64,000 bases of DNA, taken from assembly GCA_964016885.1 (NCBI GenBank), contig OZ024745.1:75330001-75394000 (forward strand). The letters run 5' to 3'. Shown here one piece after another: positions 59,181 to 64,000 of the stretch. Both the position numbers and the translations under genes were made by a program. Position 1 is the first letter of the stretch; every line of letters begins with the position of its first letter. This DNA comes from Eledone cirrhosa (taxonomy: Eukaryota). Under the pieces are notes generated by a model. It worked only from the letters and a program-made list of their open reading frames with translations, was not told where the DNA came from and did not search any database.

Positions 59181-59906
59181 GCGGTGGATTGGCAGTATAG
59201 GTAGAGCATCGGATAACATGTTTTGCAGTATAGAGTTACGTCTCTTTATGTTCTGATTTCAGATCACGCCGAGGTTAGCTTTGCCTTTCATTCTTACGGG
59301 GTCGATAAAATAAAGTACCAGTAAGCACTGGGGTCGATTTAATCAACTTCCCCCCTTCAAATTCCTGGCCTTATGCCTAAAGTAGGAACAATTGTTATTA
59401 TTATTAATGCTGCTGCTGCTGATGATGATGACCACGACAATGACTCTGATGGTGCTGCTCATAATAATTGTTTCTACTTTAGGCACAAGGCCAGCAATTT
59501 TGGGGAGGGGAAAGTTGATTAAATCGACCCCAGTGCATTACTGGTGCTTTATTTTATCGACCCCGTAAGGATGAAAGTCAAAGCTAACCTCGGCGGGATT
59601 TGAACTCAGACCGTAAAGGGGCTTAACTCTATGCCATAAAGCATATTGTCTGACGATCTACCGATACTGACAATCTACCGCTGCTGCTGATAATAATACA
59701 AATGATAATAATGTTCATAATTGTCTCTACTTTAGGCACAAGGCCAGCAATTATCTCAGTGTATTACTGGTACTTTATTTTATCGACCCCGTAAGGATGA
59801 AAGGCAAAGTCAACCTCGACGGGATTTGAACTCAGATCGTAAAGGGACGTAACTATGCTGGAAAGCATGGCGTCCGACCCTCTACCGATACTGCCAATCC
59901 ACCGCC
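59181..59906. mobile_element. Three family A SINEs: long (+) 59181-59400, long (-) 59464-59681, short (-) 59718-59906
   Basis: Direct match to the consensus. Confidence 0.88.
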
Positions 59907-59969
59907 CTTGTAATATTCATAATGATAGTAGTCACACACTCTTGGATTCTTTAATATTTCCCATATCGC

Positions 59970-60003
<34 letters not shown>

Positions 60004-60581
60004 CTTCACTACAGGTATAAACTCATGCACATACATATACACAAACACATAACCCACACGGACATCAGTTATTGTTATTACTACAACCGCCTCCACAACC
60101 ACGACGACGATGACAATGACGATGACAACGACCCCATAACCCCTCCCCTCATACGCCCCCACCCACCATAATCCCCACCCCTCCACCACAACCACCACCC
60201 CTTCGTAATGGTCAATATTATCTAATCCTTACAAATAGCTTGATATGAAGTCAATGAAATTTCCGGAAAGATTTCATTATCAATACCAACTGCATTGATC
60301 TTTAAATCTTACCAATATTATTAATGAAAATTTTAATAATTATCTTAAGTCAATTATTCTCATTAAAATATATATTATATTTCTTAGAGAAAATTGCATA
60401 ATAACTAATTTGTTAATAATTAATAAGTAATTATAAATTATTAAATAATATAACTTCATATTATATTATTCATTTCGCGGTTTCAACTATTTAAATATAT
60501 CTAGAATTAATCGTATCATATAATTGGTGATTCGTTGATATGAATAATCAACGAAAACATAGAATATTACACACACACACG

Positions 60582-60702
<121 letters not shown>

Positions 60703-60991
60703 ACACACACACACACACAGATATACACATTTATAAAAAAACTAGGTGCGTCAGCTTATCAAACTGTAAGATGAAATTCTTTAATTTGGGAGATTTTGAT
60801 AGCAGTGTGGCCAGCATTATGATGAGCTACATCATATGCGGCCCATTGCTTGAAAAAGGTTGCCCATACGTAATTTAGAGCGTTCGAAAAGTTGAGAATT
60901 CCAATCAAGGGATGCATCAACCAGTGCCTCACTTTTAAGCTGTGCAATGCCCAGATATTCTCAATTACAACCTATTATTTCTCCAATGCTT

Positions 60992-61173
60992 GTGGATTGG
61001 CAGTATCGGTAGAGGGTCGGACGCCATGCTTTGACGCATAGAGTTACGGCCCTTGCCATTCTGAGTTCAAATCCCGCCGAGGTTAACTTTGCCTTTCAAC
61101 CTTACGGGGTCGATAAAATAAAGTACCAGTAATGTACTGGGTAATTTCTGGCCTTGTGCCAATAGTAGAAACA
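60992..61173 (+). mobile_element. SINE family A with 18-bp TSD, inserted into an R4-type RT remnant
   Basis: TSD attatttctccaatgctt at 60974-60991 and 61174-61191. Confidence 0.9.
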
Positions 61174-61613
61174 ATTATTTCTCCAATGCTTCATGCTAGA
61201 TTCTACCAAGTTGCTTAGATTATCTACCATCCTAAACATCTTCATAGATTCAAGAATCCACGAACGGAGCACTATATCTTAAGGTCTGCACCTGTCATAC
61301 TTAATTAATCTAATCGATCCCAATAATCTATTCCTGAATAATCAAAGGCAAAATTGACCGAAGCAAGATTTCAACTCGGAGCGTAAAGTACTGGAACAAA
61401 CACTACAAAACAATTTTTTCTGATTCTCAAATAATTCTGCCAACCCACCTTCTTAAACTACAACAATAATCATTTCTGATTTAAGCACAAGGCCGACAAT
61501 TTTGGGGAAGGGGAAGTCGATGAAATCGACCCCAGTGCATTACTGGTATTTTCATCGATCCCTTTAAAAGAATAAAATGTTTTAACCATTTAAAAATGTA
61601 TACGATATATTAT

Positions 61614-61798
61614 AATTGTTTCTACTTTAGGCACAAGGCCAGCAATTACCCAGTGCATTACTGGTACTTTATTTTATCGACCCCGTAAGGATGAAAGGCA
61701 AAGTTAACCTCGGCGGGATTTGAACTCAGATCGTAAAGGGACGTAACTATGCTGGAAAGCATGGCGTCCGACCCTTTACCGATACTGCCAATCCACCG
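61614..61798 (-). mobile_element. SINE family A, full length, ~16-bp TSD
   Basis: tatacgatatattata at 61599-61614 and 61802-61817. Confidence 0.88.
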
Positions 61799-61866
61799 TC
61801 CTATACGATATATTATATACGATATATTATAATATTATACATACATACACGCACACACACACATAC

Positions 61867-61955
<89 letters not shown>

Positions 61956-61960
61956 CTACA

Positions 61961-62002
<42 letters not shown>

Positions 62003-62123
62003 CTACATGCATATATATATATATATATATATATACAATAAAGTACGTCCATAGAATCATTTGATAAAATATATACATTATTTCCTCTCCCAATCAGCAT
62101 AATCAACCACACAAAAAAACCAA

Positions 62124-62217
<94 letters not shown>

Positions 62218-62302
62218 AAGGGTATTTAATTTTTGGAACTCCGACAAATATAAATGTTTATAACTGATTTAGAGCACTCAACAGTATACTGGAGTAAATA
62301 TT

Positions 62303-62575
62303 CAATGATATTAAATAAATGGAAACTATATTTATAAAACCATATTTATTTTATTATATATATTTCAAGGGTACCAAAAATCCCTAATATATTTCCACTA
62401 TCCAGTGAATTTCCAACCGATAAGCTATGATTTTCATGGGTATGTCTCTATTTATAAAACAAACTTTGTATTTTATCTGATGAAAGCGTACCAATGTGTC
62501 TTGGTACCCTTGAAATATATATAATAAAATAAATATGGTTTTATAAATATAGTTTCCATTTATTTAATATCATTG
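62303..62575. mobile_element. Penelope-like terminus, family P5, with ~73-bp inverted arms
   Basis: Arms 62303-62376 and 62501-62575; contains a hammerhead; abuts (TA)n. Confidence 0.65.
62469..62531 (+). ncRNA. Type I hammerhead ribozyme, canonical core
   Basis: tattttat CTGATGA aagcgtaccaa tgtgtc ttggtaccctt GAAA tatata TA ataaaata; perfect 8-bp stem I, long stem II, palindromic stem III, AUA site. Confidence 0.85.
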
Positions 62576-62612
<37 letters not shown>

Positions 62613-62614
<2 letters not shown>

Positions 62615-62945
62615 CGTTTCTGAATTTGTTTAGCAAGATTCTTTATCTGAAATCGTGTGTTGAAACCGATATTGTTATACTTTGGGAGGGTCATGTTGCC
62701 AATAAGAAACACACGCACCAGTTGCTTTCACTTCAATTTATTATAATAAATTTATAAATTTAGGAATTTATAAATTTCTGGTTGGTTGGTTGGTTCCACA
62801 ACCAGATAGTTGTTTATATATTGTCAAAGTTCTTTCGTCACACATTCTGTGACCTCTTCAGTGACTGGGGATTCTTTTCTTTGTTTTTGTGCCTCTCCTT
62901 TGTTCTGTCCTACGCCATTTTGTTTCTGTGACCCTCCCAAAGTAT

Positions 62946-62951
<6 letters not shown>
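62613..62951 (-). mobile_element. Penelope-like terminus, family P4, longest copy
   Basis: Flanked by (TA)n; ends with an inverted tip tgaccctcccaaagtataacaat. Confidence 0.7.
62823..62865 (-). ncRNA. Minimal type I hammerhead ribozyme (family P4)
   Basis: Minus strand: gtca CTGAAGA ggtcaca gaatg tgtgac GAAA gaac TT tgac. Confidence 0.7.
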
Positions 62952-63036
<85 letters not shown>

Positions 63037-63150
63037 TATATTATTTACTTATGTTCATACAAAAGCGCTTCCAAAGGTTTCAAGGCCCAATATTGACCAT
63101 ATCTCCAGAATGGAAGAGGTATCAATATACGGACATTTTTCCACACACAC

Positions 63151-63236
<86 letters not shown>

Positions 63237-63260
63237 GTAATTATATAGGTATATATATAG

Positions 63261-63292
<32 letters not shown>

Positions 63293-63591
63293 CATAGATA
63301 CACATATATATTTGTATGTATGTGTGTGTGTGTCTGTGTATGCAAAGTATATAGCGCACAAGATCTCTGGAAATACATAAACACCAGTATCCATTTGATA
63401 CGGTTACCACAATAAATATATAGCTTCATCTACATATAAATGAGTGTATACATGTACACATACACACACGCGCGTGTGTGTATGTGTACATGTATACATT
63501 CTATTGCTGTATATTTTACGTTCGATCCCTTCATATGTGGCAGAGTATTTACTCAACGTCTTTATAAATGTATGTCTGCGCTTATTTCACC

Positions 63592-63676
<85 letters not shown>

Positions 63677-64000
63677 TTCTCTCTCTCTCTCTCTCTCACA
63701 CCCCTCTCTCTCTGACTCCCCTTCTCGTTTCTCTTTCGCTATATACACTCTCCTCTACTCTCCTTAATAGAGTGTGTGTGTGTGTATATCTCTGCATTTG
63801 GGTGTGTTTGTATGGATGTATTTGTGTGCTTATTCCCCACCGTCTCTCTCTATCTGCCCTCTTCTCTCTCTCTCTCTCCTTTTCTCTCTTTTCTCTCGTC
63901 CTTCTCTCTTCGCTCTTCTCTTCCCTGTCTTTTTAATTTTATCGCCCCCCCCCCCTATCCACTTTCTTCAATAGTGTGTGTTTATGTGTGTATTTGAGTG

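Overview
AT-rich, repeat-saturated eukaryotic non-coding DNA (intergenic or deep intronic). The SINE families and the very high microsatellite density resemble an octopus (coleoid cephalopod) genome; that is an inference from recalled repeat motifs, not a database result. No host protein-coding exon can be supported, and almost all ORFs in the track are translations of (TA)n, (CA)n, (GA)n, (TATG)n, (CTAT)n, (TAG)n or (GAT)n. The real coding remnants all come from retroelements: a broken Tx1/L1-clade LINE (49.5-52.4 kb, with extra 3' ends at 54.3-55.2 kb), R4/Dong-like REL-endonuclease 3' ends (5.3, 40.8 and 41.1 kb), decayed R4/Dong-like RT pieces (58.5 and 61.2 kb) and an RTE C-terminus (30 kb). 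About 20 copies or fragments of a young ~190-220 bp tRNA-derived SINE occur, several with 15-21 bp TSDs. The least obvious layer lies between the (TA)n tracts: many short, mutually unrelated, often palindromic islands. At least five families of these fold by eye into minimal type I hammerhead ribozymes with palindromic or very short stem III, typical of Penelope-like element termini. They include a U3-A8 core variant, and one further family has a hammerhead-shaped fold with a non-canonical core. Each retroelement class sits in its own microsatellite: hammerhead islands in TA, R4/Dong and an RTE-like non-autonomous element in CATA/TATG, Tx1 in CTAT, and the SINE at ATT. Two short unique segments look regulatory (a perfect DR4 at 9.2 kb and a CRE/E-box cluster at 25.5 kb).
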